Source: Lama glama (Eukaryota). Taken from it: DNA of 64,000 nt. The stretch lies in assembly GCA_028534125.1 (NCBI GenBank), contig CM052817.1:39930001-39994000 (forward strand), written 5' to 3'. The translations under genes were made by a program, and so were the position numbers. Position 1 is the first letter of the stretch; each line of letters begins with the position of its first letter. The notes beneath the pieces are model-generated. The model did not search any database. It saw only the letters and a list, made by a program, of their open reading frames with translations, and was not told the DNA's origin. Below, in pieces: positions 1-13,368 of this stretch.

Positions 1-72
1 GCTACCAAAGAAGATTTTCTAAACCCTGATGTATTGGACACTTTTATTTTATCCGTGCAAAAAATTTTCCAG
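1..72 (+). CDS. HPSE: Heparanase internal exon, 5'-truncated by the window edge (about human coding exon 7)
   Basis: Translates to ATKEDFLNPDVLDTFILSVQKIFQ, recognisable heparanase sequence; followed by donor CAG|GTAACA; phase 0. Confidence 0.96.
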
Positions 73-504
73 GTAACAGTCTTTTTTTTTCTTTTTAATG
101 TAAGAGCAGAGTCCTTACTTTGTGGACCAGCTAGTCCTAAATTTTATAGGTGTGTAAATTTACCCGTTTTCCCAATTTTAAACAACAGGCACTAGGTCTT
201 ATTCACCTTTGGTTCCCCTTAGCGTCTGGTCTTCCCCACGTATGCTGATTAGAAACGACAAATGCTTCCAGTGGCCTTTCGGTAGCATCATCTCTCACAG
301 GTCATTGGAATGGGGTGGTTTACATTCCTTCCACACCTAGTATTCTAACAAAAGCTAATTGCCCAAGATGTAAATGACTGTGAACATATTTTGTAACTGT
401 GTTGGATGGGTAGGTCTGGGAATACAAGGTTTTGAATGTTGTTAATCTTCAACACCATACTTGATCAGCTTGTTTGCAGTTACCATGGACTTTCCATTTT
501 CTAG

Positions 505-611
505 GTCGTTGAGGAGACCAGACCCCACAAGAAGGTCTGGTTAGGAGAGACCAGCTCCGCGTACGGGGGTGGAGCGCCCTTGCTGTCTAACACCTTCGCG
601 GCTGGTTTCAT
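505..611 (+). CDS. HPSE: Heparanase exon (107 nt) containing the catalytic nucleophile Glu
   Basis: Acceptor ttttctag|; translates [35 protein letters not shown](M), with the GH79 WLGETSS motif (human Glu343); donor AT|GTGAGT. Confidence 0.98.
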
Positions 612-1676
612 GTGAGTGAAGCTGCGCTTGGCTCAGAGGTCCGGCTGCAGCAGTCTCCTGGTCTTCCATTCAGCTGAAATAGCTCGTCAGCCAAAAATCT
701 GGTCAAAGACAGTTTCTGTGGCTGAGCCCCAAGATTCGTGCGAGATTTCACAAGAAAATGATTTACTAAAGCTGGCTGGACATTTTAACATATGCCCGAA
801 TTAATCACTGCGTGAATGAACTGCTTTAGAAGTTTTGTTCCTCAATCATGGCCCGTAGATACGTCAAGGATTCCTTTCTCTAAAGCTGTTGTAAAAGAGT
901 GCTTCTTGACTCCGAGAAGGATACTTAGCACTTGTAGCTCTGTTCATAGATTCCCAAGAAGTTTGGGGCCTCGCGGTATGTGGTCACACCAGAGGGGCTA
1001 CTGATGACTTTCGAGATCTGCTAAATCATCCCATTATCTAACTACCACAAACTTGATTGCTTTAAAACCAACTGGTTTATTTACATTCCACGACTCTATT
1101 AACACCTTTACTCTATAGTTCTATATCTTCACATTGAGTTTTATTCTCTTTCCTCTCCTACTCTCATCCTTATAAGGCCCGAATAAAGCACACATCCTTT
1201 ATGCTTGTGGGGGCACGAGGAGTAGAGAAAAGAATGGAGACGTTTGTTTTGCCATTAACTAAAGTTGATGGGGGAGGAGGTATCCATAAAGGTTTGGGCA
1301 TGATTCTACTTATTTCACATTTTACTACTCTGGCCACAAGCAGCCTTTTCTTCAGACCGCACATGGGGACAGGGGTGCGGAGACTGGAGGTGGGGGGCGG
1401 ATCCCATAGGATGCAGAATAGTTGTCTCCAACTATGCTACTCCAATGGGTGGCATTTATCTACTCCACCATATAGAAGTTGTCCTACCCTGATAGGGGCT
1501 CCTGTGGCATATTAGTAATCTTCTGAGATCTGTTATCATGAGGATGTGTGGGAACATGTAAAGGGTAGGACAGTGCCTGTTTCATCTGAATGACTTATTT
1601 GTAATTAATAGCACTTTTCTGGTTTCCTGTCAATTCTTCCCACATGGAGGAATAAACCAGAAAAGTGTATAATTAA

Positions 1677-1967
<291 letters not shown>

Positions 1968-3489
1968 TGACTTGGAAGAAAACTTAGAGATCACCCATGC
2001 TAACATTTTTGTGTCTCAGGAGAAGAAATTGAGACCCAGAAATCATGTTTTTAATGTGGGTCATTTGAGGTATGGTGTGGAATTTTTTTTTTAAAGGGGT
2101 GCATTGAAATTTTATGACTCCAGTTTTACAAGACAGCAAACCTGAATCAAAAAATGGTTTTTTTGCAAAGCAAATCAAGGTTAAAATTGCCTACAGTATC
2201 CAGAGTTTAAAAATTTTTAATGTCATGAAATCAGAATTTATTTAAGATAAGCCAGTACTATGTATTTGTTCAAAAATATCACCTTAAGATTGGCTGTTTT
2301 GTTAATACTCTTCAAGGTATTTATGAATAAAATCTCATCTCTACCCTACTTCCAGCTACTTCTGGTGCTAAATCAGGAAATGTAGCCTTTCTATCTAAAA
2401 AAGCCACCTGGAAGATATATATATATATATGTCTAAAAATTGGGATAGCATAGATATAGCCCTGAGGAGTATGACCTTGATTTTTATAGTCTAAAATAGC
2501 ACTTGAGAATATCTATTTTCTAAGAATAATTCCTAAAGGAATTATTTGAAGACTGTAGGAAAGCTAAGAAGGTTTGCAAAAAGCACATGCCAAAATACAA
2601 GCTGGGCTTCTCTGGTTTGTAGTCAGATTTTCCCCCAAATTGCTTTTAACCTGTAGTGGTCCAAGCTCATGGAGCACACGGTTCAAAACTTTTAAAAAAT
2701 TTTTTAGCAAAATGCCTTTGCACAAAATGGAATCTATCTTCCCCAAGTATATTATGACTCATTTATAGAGGTAAACCAAACATGATAATTTCGTTAGACA
2801 AATATCCAATATCTACTACTGGCTCTTTCTTAAATGGACCTTGAACAAGGAAGGGAGATAAATCATTTCTTCACAATTTGCTGTGAGTACAATATTTAGA
2901 AATTAGCCAGCTTGTCCTGTCACTCTTTGTAAATAGTATCAGTTATTTATTATGTTATCTAAATCTCCTCAGCCAAACATAAACCTTTGGCTTAAGAGTC
3001 CTTTGTGTATGCATTAAATATACTTCCTCCTCAAGGTTCACAGTCAGCTAGAAAAATCTGCAGGACACCTGCAGGATCCAAGGGAATCAGCCTTAAACCC
3101 ATTGGACATCTGTTTTCTTACTTTATTTGCATAACAGTGCTGGAAGTTGGCAAGGCAGGTATCTTAGATCCATTTTTCAAACAAATATGTTCAAATTGAG
3201 ATGAGGTGGTGTGACCTGCTTGAGGTCACACAGCTGTTCCATTGTTGATCTAAAGAATCCCTTACAAATCCTGGCTCTGAGGCCTGTTTTCTTTCTACCC
3301 CCAAGTCCTTGAACCATGCTGAAGTTATGTCTCGTTTGAAAACATTTGATTCTCCTCTTGTCTCTTGTGAAAATTCTGAATTTAAGCAGAGAAATAAAAA
3401 CTGCTTGCCTGTTGAGGCTACCTTAACCTCAGCTCAAGAAAGAAGGCCTGGGGTATACATATATAATTGAGTGAGTTTTAAAAAACAAA

Positions 3490-4210
3490 TGACTTTTTAT
3501 TATGGAAAATTTCATAGTAGAGAGAAAAGTATATGAAGCCCCAGTCTTACTTAATCCATAATTTTACCCACCCCTCACCTCCCACCTCCTGGATTACTTT
3601 GAAGCAAATCTCACACATATCACTTTATCCATTTCAGTATGTATCTCCTTTGTAAAACATAACAAAATATAATTATGATACTTAAAATACTGAGGATTAA
3701 TTCCTCAATATCATTAAATAATTAGTCAATACTTCACATCTTCCTTATTGTCACAAATGTTTTTTTTTTTTACTGTTTTACTCTTTTTCAAAAATTTTAT
3801 TTAGCAGATGTTTTTAATAGTTGGTTTATTCATATCAGAATCCAAACAAGGTCCATATGTTGCATTTGATATGTCTCTTAAGTCTGTTCATCTTTAAGTT
3901 CTCCTTCCCTCTCTTTTTTGGTCCTTGGGAATTTATTAAAGAAATCAGGTAATTTGTTTCATAGTGTTTCCCACATTCTGGATTTTGCTAAATTTATTTC
4001 TGTGGTATCATTTAGCATGTTTCTCTGTCCCCTGCATTTCCTGTAAACTGGTATTTAGACCTAGAGGCTTCATTTTTGCTTGTATGTTTTGTTTTGCAAG
4101 AATTCTTCATAGGTGATATTGTATGCTTCCATCAAAAGGCATAATGTCTGGCTGTCTGTGTTTTTTGATCTTGATAGCTAGTGATATTCATTGCCTAAAG
4201 CATTACTTTA
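3490..4210 (-). mobile_element. Old L1M-type 3' fragment in an HPSE intron
   Basis: Resembles recalled antisense L1MC/ME 3'-end text (e.g. 'ccaaacaaggtccatatgttgcattt', 'gtttcccacattctggattttgct'); boundaries approximate. Confidence 0.55.
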
Positions 4211-4302
4211 TTGGCAGGGGTGAGTTATAAGGTTTTAGAGGAAATTGTTTTAGTTTCTTAAACAGATAGAAGTTTTATTTCAAAAACTTGTGTGTACCTG
4301 AA

Positions 4303-4324
4303 TGTGTGTGTGTGTGTGTGTGTG
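4303..4324. repeat. (TG)11 microsatellite
   Basis: Directly visible. Confidence 0.95.
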
Positions 4325-4670
4325 CATATCTAAAAGTTTTGCTTTGAGCTTTGCTTTGAATTCCTGGATGACAGACAACAAAGAACATTTAAACTGTCTC
4401 TGAGCAATGAGTTGTATTCTTGAGATTATCTCCTGGCAGGCATAGACCTCTGAATTGTGGAAACATAGTCCTTCAGTGATAAAAAGCAGCAAACAAGATA
4501 TGGCCCTCAGAGTCAAGGTGGTAGCCCAGACAAAAAGATGAACCTTTTAAAATACCTCTAAGATAACAGTCACAATCTTTGTAGGGTAACTATATGCTTG
4601 ACACTATTTTTATTAAAGAAATAAGGAAAGATCTATTTTTGTCCCTCCCCTCCCCAACCACCACAACTAG

Positions 4671-4789
4671 GATTACTGGCTCTCTCTTCTGTTCAAGAAA
4701 CTGGTGGGCACCAATGTGTTAATGGCAAGTGTAAAAGGTCCAGACAGAAGCAAACTTCGAGTATACCTTCACTGCACAAACATCAACCA
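4671..4789 (+). CDS. HPSE: Heparanase exon (119 nt)
   Basis: Acceptor acaactag|; [39 protein letters not shown](H); donor CA|GTAAGT. Confidence 0.97.
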
Positions 4790-5950
4790 GTAAGTGTGTA
4801 AAACACCCTTTACCAATCAACAGTTTTTAATTAGTAAGCACATAACTTCCTACTCTAATACCCTGTTGTCTTCTATATATATATAGTGGGTCTAAAGTAT
4901 GTCATTTTTCTTTTTTTTTTTTTTTTTCATGCTCATAGTAATATGGTGCCAGAGTCTAGCTAAAAAAAAAAATAGGTTAAATGTAGGCATTTGCAGTCCA
5001 GCAAAAGTCTGTACAATGGTTTAATTATCATAATCTATAATGAAAATATATACTGAATTTAAATAACTAAATAGCACAAATGTAAGAACACATAACTAAT
5101 TTTATATGAATGATTCATTCATTGAATGACTATGACTGAATACAAATATGAACTTATATGAATGATTGTATGAATATACATATCCCTTTGCATCATAGCT
5201 GATAAATTTAATAGGAGGAAGAGTTAAAAGGAGAACAATGACGCCAGTAACACTCATGCTTCCAAAAGTTTCAACACAATTTCTGGAGTTAAGAGGCTAC
5301 AGAGGTTTTTGTAGTCCAGTATTCTGGTCTTAAGTAGCAAAAAAATGTTCCTAAATCTCAGAGATTTTTCTCTTCTTGGTTTCAATCTGTCTTTCCAGAT
5401 AGAATGATACTAAAATACTAACTCTAGCTAAAAAAGCCACCCACTATTTCCAATTCCAGTGAGCGGGAACTCTGTTTCTGGTGAGTGGGCTCCACTAGGA
5501 AGAAGTGCGGAATGGTTTGGATGGATTAAATCCATTGAAAAGTGTCAGTAGATTTAATTTTCTTGTTTTAGTCTTTTCATAAGGCTAGGGAAAAAACCCG
5601 TTTATATGGTTTATAATTTGAATTCACATGAACCCACATAATTTCCTTCTAACTTTCCTATGTTTGAACATGTATGGGCTGTCTGGCTTCCTCACAACTC
5701 AGCCTGGCAAAAGAGCAAAGATCTCAAAGTGCTCAAGCCCAGAAGATGGTACTGTGAAGAGCAATATCTTTAGCATGTTTTCAAAACAGGACCACATCAG
5801 TGGTCTAATATTATCATAAAAGGAAGGATACAGAAAGGTCCAGCGTATAGATGTGAATACTCAGTACTGCCCGTGATTATGTTTGTAATCAACTACTTAA
5901 TTGCTTAAATTAGATACATATTTTTATTGAGTTAATCTATTTGCTTTTAG

Positions 5951-6097
5951 CCCAAGGTATAAAGAAGGTGATTTAACTCTGTATGCCTTAAACCTCCATA
6001 ATGTCACCAAGCGCTTGCAGTTACCGTATCACTTATTTGACAAGCAAGTGGACAAATACCTCATAAAACCTTCGGGACCTGATGGGTTACTTTCCAA
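5951..6097 (+). CDS. HPSE: Heparanase exon (147 nt)
   Basis: Acceptor gcttttag|; [48 protein letters not shown](K); donor AA|GTGAGT. Confidence 0.97.
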
Positions 6098-6184
6098 GTG
6101 AGTAATTTTCCTGGTTCATTTCAAACTTTGACCAAAAGTGAATTTTATTGGCGTTTACTAGGACACAGAGTGTTAACCGGGAGC

Positions 6185-6265
6185 AGAAAGAGAGTGAGAG
6201 AGACAGAGAGAGACAGAGAGACAGAGAGAGACAGAGAGACAGAGAGAAAAGAAAAGAAAGAAAAG
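6185..6265. repeat. GA-rich (GAGACA/GAGA, GAAAA) simple repeat
   Basis: Directly visible purine-rich tandem array. Confidence 0.9.
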
Positions 6266-7660
6266 AATGAACTATTTCAAGTTCTAACAATTCTTAATAT
6301 TCAGGAAGTTTATAGTATGTGAATACATACTAATCCAGGTGTAAGTCACCCTAAGAGTCCAAAGCAGAAGGATAGGAACACAAACTAGCAATTATCTTAG
6401 GGAAATGTTTTTATTTCAAAGCAACTTGATATATCAAGAGCCATTCAATGCATTTAGATTATTTGCTCTAAAAAGACGTAATTCTTGGTTACACAGTCAC
6501 TAAGTAAAACATACCTATGTATAATTGCTATATAAATGCATAGGAATTGGTGTAAAATATCAGTGAGCTGGGTATGATTCTTTTACAGTATTACAATTGC
6601 TTTACAATTGGAAAACTGGTGAAATTGTAGATGTTTCATTATCCTAAGTTCTCTTTGATAAGTATACATCACTTATGTATTTCCCTCTTTAAAATGTTGC
6701 CAAAGTACCTGAGATACGTCTCATGAGTTCACAGCCTGCACACTTGCTCATGCTAATAATCTCAGAGGGTTAAACAGCAGTTGCTTTTAAAAAAATATTT
6801 TTTTACTTGAATAACTTGTGTAGCACCCATAGAAAGTCCTGCATAGTATTTAATAAATACTTGAGGTGAATATATTTTAATATAAAAGTAGTATTTTACA
6901 TTATCTCAGATAATACATTATCTATTTTATATATCACAGATAAATTTTGCCCAGCATCTCCAACTCTGCCAAATCTGTTGCTTGCTAATTCCTTCCAATG
7001 CTATTCCATCCGAAACTTGACAAACATGTCTTCCATTTCTTGTCATCGTGTAACTGACTTCAAAATATGAAACAACATCCTACCCTCAGATAAAACTCTG
7101 CCCTCATATCTCAGCCCGATGAGGAAATATTCAGCATGCTTTCAGCTTACACTCAGTATATTGTTAGCATTGTTTTGCTACATTTATAGCTGATTAAACA
7201 GTACAGCCAGATGGATTGGGTATTATCTTGCCCATGATTCATCATCTTAACCCACAGCAGTATTAATTTACAATGATCAGATTTACCTTTAAACTCTGTG
7301 GCCTTTTCTAAGCATTGCTGAAACCTTTCTGTGTACCCTTGTAAATGCAGAATTTCATGCAGAAGAGCCCTTGCTACCACCAGTTAGAGATGTTTGTTTC
7401 TGGCTTCCTGATGATGGTCATGTTTCCTCCCCCACCTCATCAAGGGGCTGCTGTGACAGAGGTGCTAGAGCAAGGCTCAGGGTGTATGTGGGCTGAGGGT
7501 AACTGCAGCGCAGGCTCACCAGCCTCCAGCACAATCATGGTCAACAAGTCTCCAGACACAGAGCCCAGTGCTGGGAGCCTAACCAAGATTAAATGGTTTT
7601 TTCTGCTGACTGATGCTTAGTGAGGATACAGTGTGAGAGATCTTTAAAAATGAAAACTTA

Positions 7661-7886
7661 CACTGACAGGCATATGTAGAATAGATAAACAGGATGATAC
7701 TGTATAGCACAGGGAAATATATACAAGATCTTGTGGTAGCTCACAGCGAGAAAGAATGTGACAATGAATATATGTATGTTCACGTATAACTGAAAAATTG
7801 TGCTCTACACTGGAAATTGACACAACATTGTAAACTGACTATAAGTCAATAAAAAATGTTAAATTAAAAATGAATAACTAAATAAA
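7661..7886 (+). mobile_element. 5'-truncated L1 3' end with target-site duplication
   Basis: Similar to the L1 tail at 46585-46754; A-rich end; TSD taaaaat[g/c]aaaactta at 7645-7660 and 7887-7902. Confidence 0.85.
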
Positions 7887-8899
7887 TAAAAATCAAAACT
7901 TATAATAATACTAAATCGAAAACAACTAAATGTCTAACATTAGACAGTTTAGTAAATAAACTAATATACTCACACAACAGAATCCTGTGCAGCCATTAAA
8001 ATGGTGTAGTGGATGAATGTTTAATGGTGTGAGCAAACGTTAGGATGTATTAACGGAAAAAGAATCAAGTTTTAAGAGACTTTGTACTGTATGCTCATTT
8101 TTGTTTAAATGAAAATATGCATGTCAACACACATATACAAAAGAGATGAAGGAATATACATCAAAATATTAAAAATGGTTATGATGAGTTAACAGGTTGC
8201 TTTTGTTATATTTATTTATCTGAATAACAATGACAGTAGATAGTACTTTTACAGAGCTTACTGTATGCAAGGCACTGTTATAAATGTTCTACATATAATA
8301 CATGTATTACATATATGACATAGATATAACTCTGACATTACCTAAATTTTCAACAGTAAAAAACTTGTTCGTATTATAAAAATTTCATAATACAAAAAGC
8401 ATTTAAGAAAAAAGTAAAAGAGATATAAGCACCATTTAAAATTATGAAACTATCAGTAGGACTGAAAGCAGAGTAAAGCTTTTCTTTATAAGCTCTTGTT
8501 TACATTAGATTTATTACTGTAGACATGTACTAATTTGATTTAAGTAATAATAAATAAGCATAAGAAATAACACTTGTCCTTCATTTTTTTCATTTTTTTG
8601 ACTCAGATTTGAACTTCAGTTTCAACAGTGAAATGCAAAGAAAACATAATCTTTTTGGAATCTGTGGTTTAGCTAAGCAAAATCATTTTTGTCTCACCAC
8701 AGCAATATACATGCTACCAAAATGGCTTAATGACATAAAATGAATGCATTCCTCCTGGGGGAAGGGGAGTTGGTGGGTTTATGGACATACTTACAAGTGG
8801 GAAATTTCATTGATCATCATTTTTTATGTTCAATTCATGAAATTCACATTCTATTCCATATATTTATTTGCTTTATATAAAAACGTTTCAAGGGAAGGG

Positions 8900-9102
8900 G
8901 GAGGAACAGGATAGAAGTGGAGGATTTAGAGGTACAAACTATCAGGTATAAAATAAGCTACAAGTATGTATCGTACAACATGGGGACCATGGCCAATATT
9001 TTATAATAACTATAAATGGTATAACCTTTAAAAAGTGTGAATTACTATCTTGTATACCTGTAACTTACAATATTGTACATCAACTATACTTCAACTTAAA
9101 AA
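8900..9102 (+). mobile_element. Older L1 3'-end fragment
   Basis: 'gaggtacaaact...gccaatattttataataact...atcaactatacttcaa' is typical of L1MA/laurasiatherian L1 tails. Confidence 0.7.
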
Positions 9103-9494
9103 GTATGACACTGTAAAATAAGTATATGAGTAAAGTTAAAAAAAATTTTTCAATTACTTACCATCCAAAAGAAAAAAGGCCACCAATCCAGAAGTATGTC
9201 ATCTTCATCTTCTTTATACCCCATCATCTTGGCTAGTATGGAATATTATGTGTTCCACTTCTGTAAAGGGCCAGATAGTATGTATTTCGGGCTTTGCAGG
9301 CTGTGTGGTTTCTGTCACAGCTACTCAGCTCTACCAGTGTAGGTCAGATACCTACCTGATACAGTGTGGGAACACACTGTATAATATAGGCTGCCACAGA
9401 ACATCTTTTTGGTCTTACAAAGATCTCATGATTTTATAGAGTGGGGGGAGGACATGCAACTTGGCTAACTTGGATGTATCTTTCCCCTTTGCAG

Positions 9495-9654
9495 ATCGGT
9501 CCAGCTCAATGGTCAAACTCTGAAGATGGTGGATAACCAAACCCTGCCAGCTTTGACCGAAAAACCTCTCCGCCCAGGAAGCTCACTGGGCCTGCCAGCT
9601 TTCTCATACGGGTTTTTTGTAATAAGAAATGCCAAAGTTGCTGCTTGCATCTGA
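9495..9654 (+). CDS. HPSE: Heparanase terminal coding exon (160 nt including TGA)
   Basis: Acceptor ccctttgcag|; [52 protein letters not shown], the typical heparanase C-terminus; TGA at 9652-9654. Confidence 0.98.
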
Positions 9655-11150
9655 AGATGAAAGACATAAAGTGGCCCCAGGGATTTATTTTTGTCAAGTG
9701 TATTGATAAGAGAAAAGCAAAACTCAAGCTATAGGAAGGCGAGCAGATGCATTACAGATCAACTCATGGGAGCATTACAGAGCCACTGGGACACTCTCAG
9801 GCTAGATTTAGCACAGTATTTTGCTCTAAGTAGACCACTGATTTAATAATAACACCCAGTGCCAAACACTATGCTTGTACTTTGCATGTATTATTTTTAT
9901 TTAAGGTTATTAAAAACGTATACAAATGTTCCCAATACAGCCAGGAGGCAAGTAAATGAAGGATATATTATTTTAAGAAAGTGCTTAGATGTTTTTATTT
10001 TTCAAAAAACCCAGTTATTAGAAGATTGCCGGATTCTTTCCTCCCTATGCTGTCTCTATGGGCTGCTGTCAGTCAAAGTTTACTACCACAACCTTCAAAT
10101 CATCTATAAAAGAGAGACAGTCTCTTTGCAGCTTAACAGAGAGCTAAATTCAGCCACTGCTTCTCTTCTCTCTGTTCTGGTCGTCTTTGTCAGAGGACAG
10201 ATGCTTAGATGTAAAAGTATTTTTTAAAAAATGATTAATGACAATTCAGAGGGAAGGGATTATGTAAACTTCAAATAAAATTTTTTCAAATGTCTGTAAG
10301 TGAAATTGATTTACCAAGAGGAGAAAACTTAGCTCAATACAGTATAACCATCCCGGTTAATGTTTACCTTTAATCTACCTTAACGTTCTTGTTTTAGTTG
10401 GCTGCAAGTAACAGAAAACCTTGATTCCAGTGGCTTAAACCTCAAGAACATGTATGAACCCACATAACGAGAAGTTCAAGCACAGTGAGCTCCACAGCTC
10501 CGTTTGTCATCCCGGAATCAGGCTCCTTCCATCTCTCTGCTCTGTCACCTTTAGTGTTGGTTTGATTCTCAAGCTGCTGGCATGATGGCTGTAGCTATTC
10601 CATGGGCCTGTACGGCAGCAGCCAGAGCAAGAAGATGAGCAATTTTTTCTTTCTCCTTCATAGACTTGAAGGACCCTTTCTCAGGGGTTCTCTTAGCAAA
10701 CCTCTCCTCATGTCTCCTCGCGTCTTATTGGTCAGGAATGTGTTGTGTGGCCACTCCCCCCAGCCACTGCCAACGTCAGTGAGATCCCTACCACTGTCTC
10801 CTCTGGAATCTTTTGGAATGAAGAGGCTGTTGGGAAGGCCATGACACTGACCACTACAGTTCTGTGCTTTTTATCAGTGACAGAATGTGTTATTTTTTCT
10901 CCTGTGTCTTAATTCTTAGAAATATAATTCTTTTTATATATATTTATGCCTGCTGTGAATATTGTCACAATTAAATTTAAGTACATTTATAAGAGCTAAA
11001 GCTTGAACTCAAAGTTTGGATGCTTTAATATCCTTAAGTTTTATACGTATGTGGTTTTTATATTTTCACATTTGAAATAAAGTAATTTTTATAACCTCAA
11101 TATTGCATGATTATTCTTTTAATAAAGCTTAAACTTACAGAGCCCTTGTT
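9655..11150 (+). other. HPSE: Putative HPSE 3' UTR with candidate polyadenylation signals
   Basis: AT-rich, with several ATTTA pentamers; ATTAAA 9909-9914; AATAAA at 10274-10279, 11076-11081 and 11121-11126. The end point is inferred. Confidence 0.55.
10390..10860. mobile_element. MaLR (MLT1-like) LTR relic within the putative HPSE 3' UTR
   Basis: 'ttggctgcaagtaacagaaaacc...agtggcttaaac' and 'gtcttattggtcaggaatg' resemble MLT1 consensus. Confidence 0.6.
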
Positions 11151-11299
11151 TTCCTTCACCACTTTGTGTACACCGCCTACCCTTTATTTGTCCTTTCAGC
11201 CTCCCTTACACCAAAAGTTGACTTTGAAGAAAAGGGATCATCAGACATAAACACGATTTCCTCCCTCATCATGTAGATTCAATCATGATCAAAGTTCTG

Positions 11300-11910
11300 T
11301 CCTATTTTTATTTTCCGTGTCCCCTCTGCCATTTAAGAAGTTCAAGGCTTAATTTTTCACTTGTATTATTGTAATAATCTCCTAATTGTTCTCCCTGATT
11401 TTGCTTACAATTCTTAAATGGTTCTCCACTTCTATAGCATATAAGGTCCTCCATAGCCTGGCACCTGCTGTTTCCTTCAGCCTTAACTCATTACTTTCCC
11501 CATGGATTCTGGTCTCCAACCCGCACATGGGTTGAGAAGTCTGGACCTACAGCCTCTTTAAATTTTGTTCCTGTAGCTTTTAACTTTTGTTCCTGTGTTG
11601 CTCCTTCTGCTCTCCACCTGGACTTCTAACTCCCCCTCTATGTGGCAGACTTATATTTCTTAAGCTGCAACTCAAACAGTTCCAATGCCTCCCCTATCGT
11701 TCAGGTGGCTTGAGTCACATTTTCTTTGCTCCTACAGCAGTTACGACGTTTACTGTGGCATTCTTGATGCATCTTAATTGTGTCTGCTTATCTTTTTAAC
11801 TTGACTCTATGCTTGTAAGAAAGAGGTACAATATCTTATTCATCTTTGTATTCCCTGTGCTTAGCATATTGTCTGGCACACAGTAGCCCTTCAGATGTTT
11901 CCTTAATGAC
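11300..11910. mobile_element. L2 LINE relic
   Basis: Pyrimidine-rich, ending with the L2 3' motif 'cttattcatctttgtattccctgtgcttagcatattgtctggcacacagtag'. Confidence 0.6.
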
Positions 11911-12585
11911 AGAGAAGAACATTCAAATTTGAAACTACCTTAGATATTTTGATTTCGTACATACAGAAAAATTTAGTGGTGTTTTAAACCTCAAAAGGTA
12001 TTGTCTGCTATCATCAAAAAGTCTTTTTAAAATTATCCCAAGAAAGTTCTTACTAGTGGTGGGTGATTATGTGAAGAATACGGGCATGGTTATGTGAAGA
12101 AAAGAATGCTCTCAGTTGTATATTAATGAATATTAAGTGCAGTATTATTAGGGTTTTCTTAAACTTTTTTAGAGGAAGCTTCTTGCTTGTCATGTTAGTG
12201 AGAATTTTGAGCCCACACACTTTAATTTAATCAATCAAATACATATATTTTCTGCAACTTATTATATTGGCTCAAAATTATTTCTGTATTTTAGTTTCAC
12301 CTTTGTGGTTCATTTCATCTCCATGATAATGGGAGTTTCCAAGTCTTGCTGTGAAAATTGTGTGTGTCAGTCTGTAAATGCACCCATTTTCTCTTTCTTT
12401 TTTTAAAACTTCTGATGTGTCTCATCAACCTGTAAAAACACCTCATAGTTGGTAAGTCTTTTAATTATTCTTCTAACCTGAATTTTGATGACCAACAAAA
12501 CTAACATAAATACCATCTATTTTATCTGACAATGCAATACAAAATCAAAGCAGGAGCATTCAAAACTAAAATTAAATGGTAATGA

Positions 12586-13368
12586 TGAAAAACAGTAGAG
12601 ATTCCTTAAAAAAACTAAAAATGGAGTTACCATATGATCCAGCAATCCCACTCCTGGGCATATATCTGGGGGAAACTCCAATTCAAAAAGATACATGCAC
12701 CCCAATGTTCATAGTAGTACTATTTACAATAGCCAAGACATGAAACAACCTAAATATGCATCAACAGATGACTGGATAAAGAAGTTGTGGTATATTTATA
12801 CAATGGATTACTACTTAGCCATAAAAAAGAAAAATAATGCCATTGGCATCAACACGGATAGACATGGAGATTGTCATTCTAAGTGAAGTAAGCCAGAAAG
12901 AAAAAGAAAAACACCAGATAATACCACTCACATGTGGAATCTAAAAAAAGAAAAAAGATGCTAATGAACTTATCTACAAAACAGACTTGCAGACATAGTA
13001 AACAATCTTATGGTTACTAGGGGGAAAGGTGGTGGGAAGGGATAAATCGGGGGTTTGAGATTTGCAAATATTAACTAGTATATGTAAAATAGATAAACAA
13101 CAAGTTTCTTCTGTGTAGCACAGGGAACTATATTCAATATCTTGTAGTAACCTATAATGAAAAAGAATATGAAAACAAATATATGTATGACTAAAACATG
13201 CTGTACGCCAGAAACTGACACATTGTAAACTGACTATATTTCAAACTATATTCAGTATCTTATAATAGTTTATAATGAAAAAGAATATATATATAACTGA
13301 ATCACTATGCAGGACACCAGAAACTAACACAATATTGTAAATTAACTATACTTCAGTTAAAAAAAATT
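12586..13368 (+). mobile_element. 5'-truncated L1 (ORF2 C-terminus remnant plus 3' UTR) with TSD
   Basis: ORF2 C-terminal text ([18 protein letters not shown]); poly-A end; TSD aaattaaatggta[a/g]tga at 12569-12585 and 13369-13385. Confidence 0.92.

Noticed and set aside
3918..3945. 'gtccttgggaattta' resembling part of COQ2 exon 7
   Set aside because: Lies upstream in an HPSE intron inside an old L1 relic; a short chance match.
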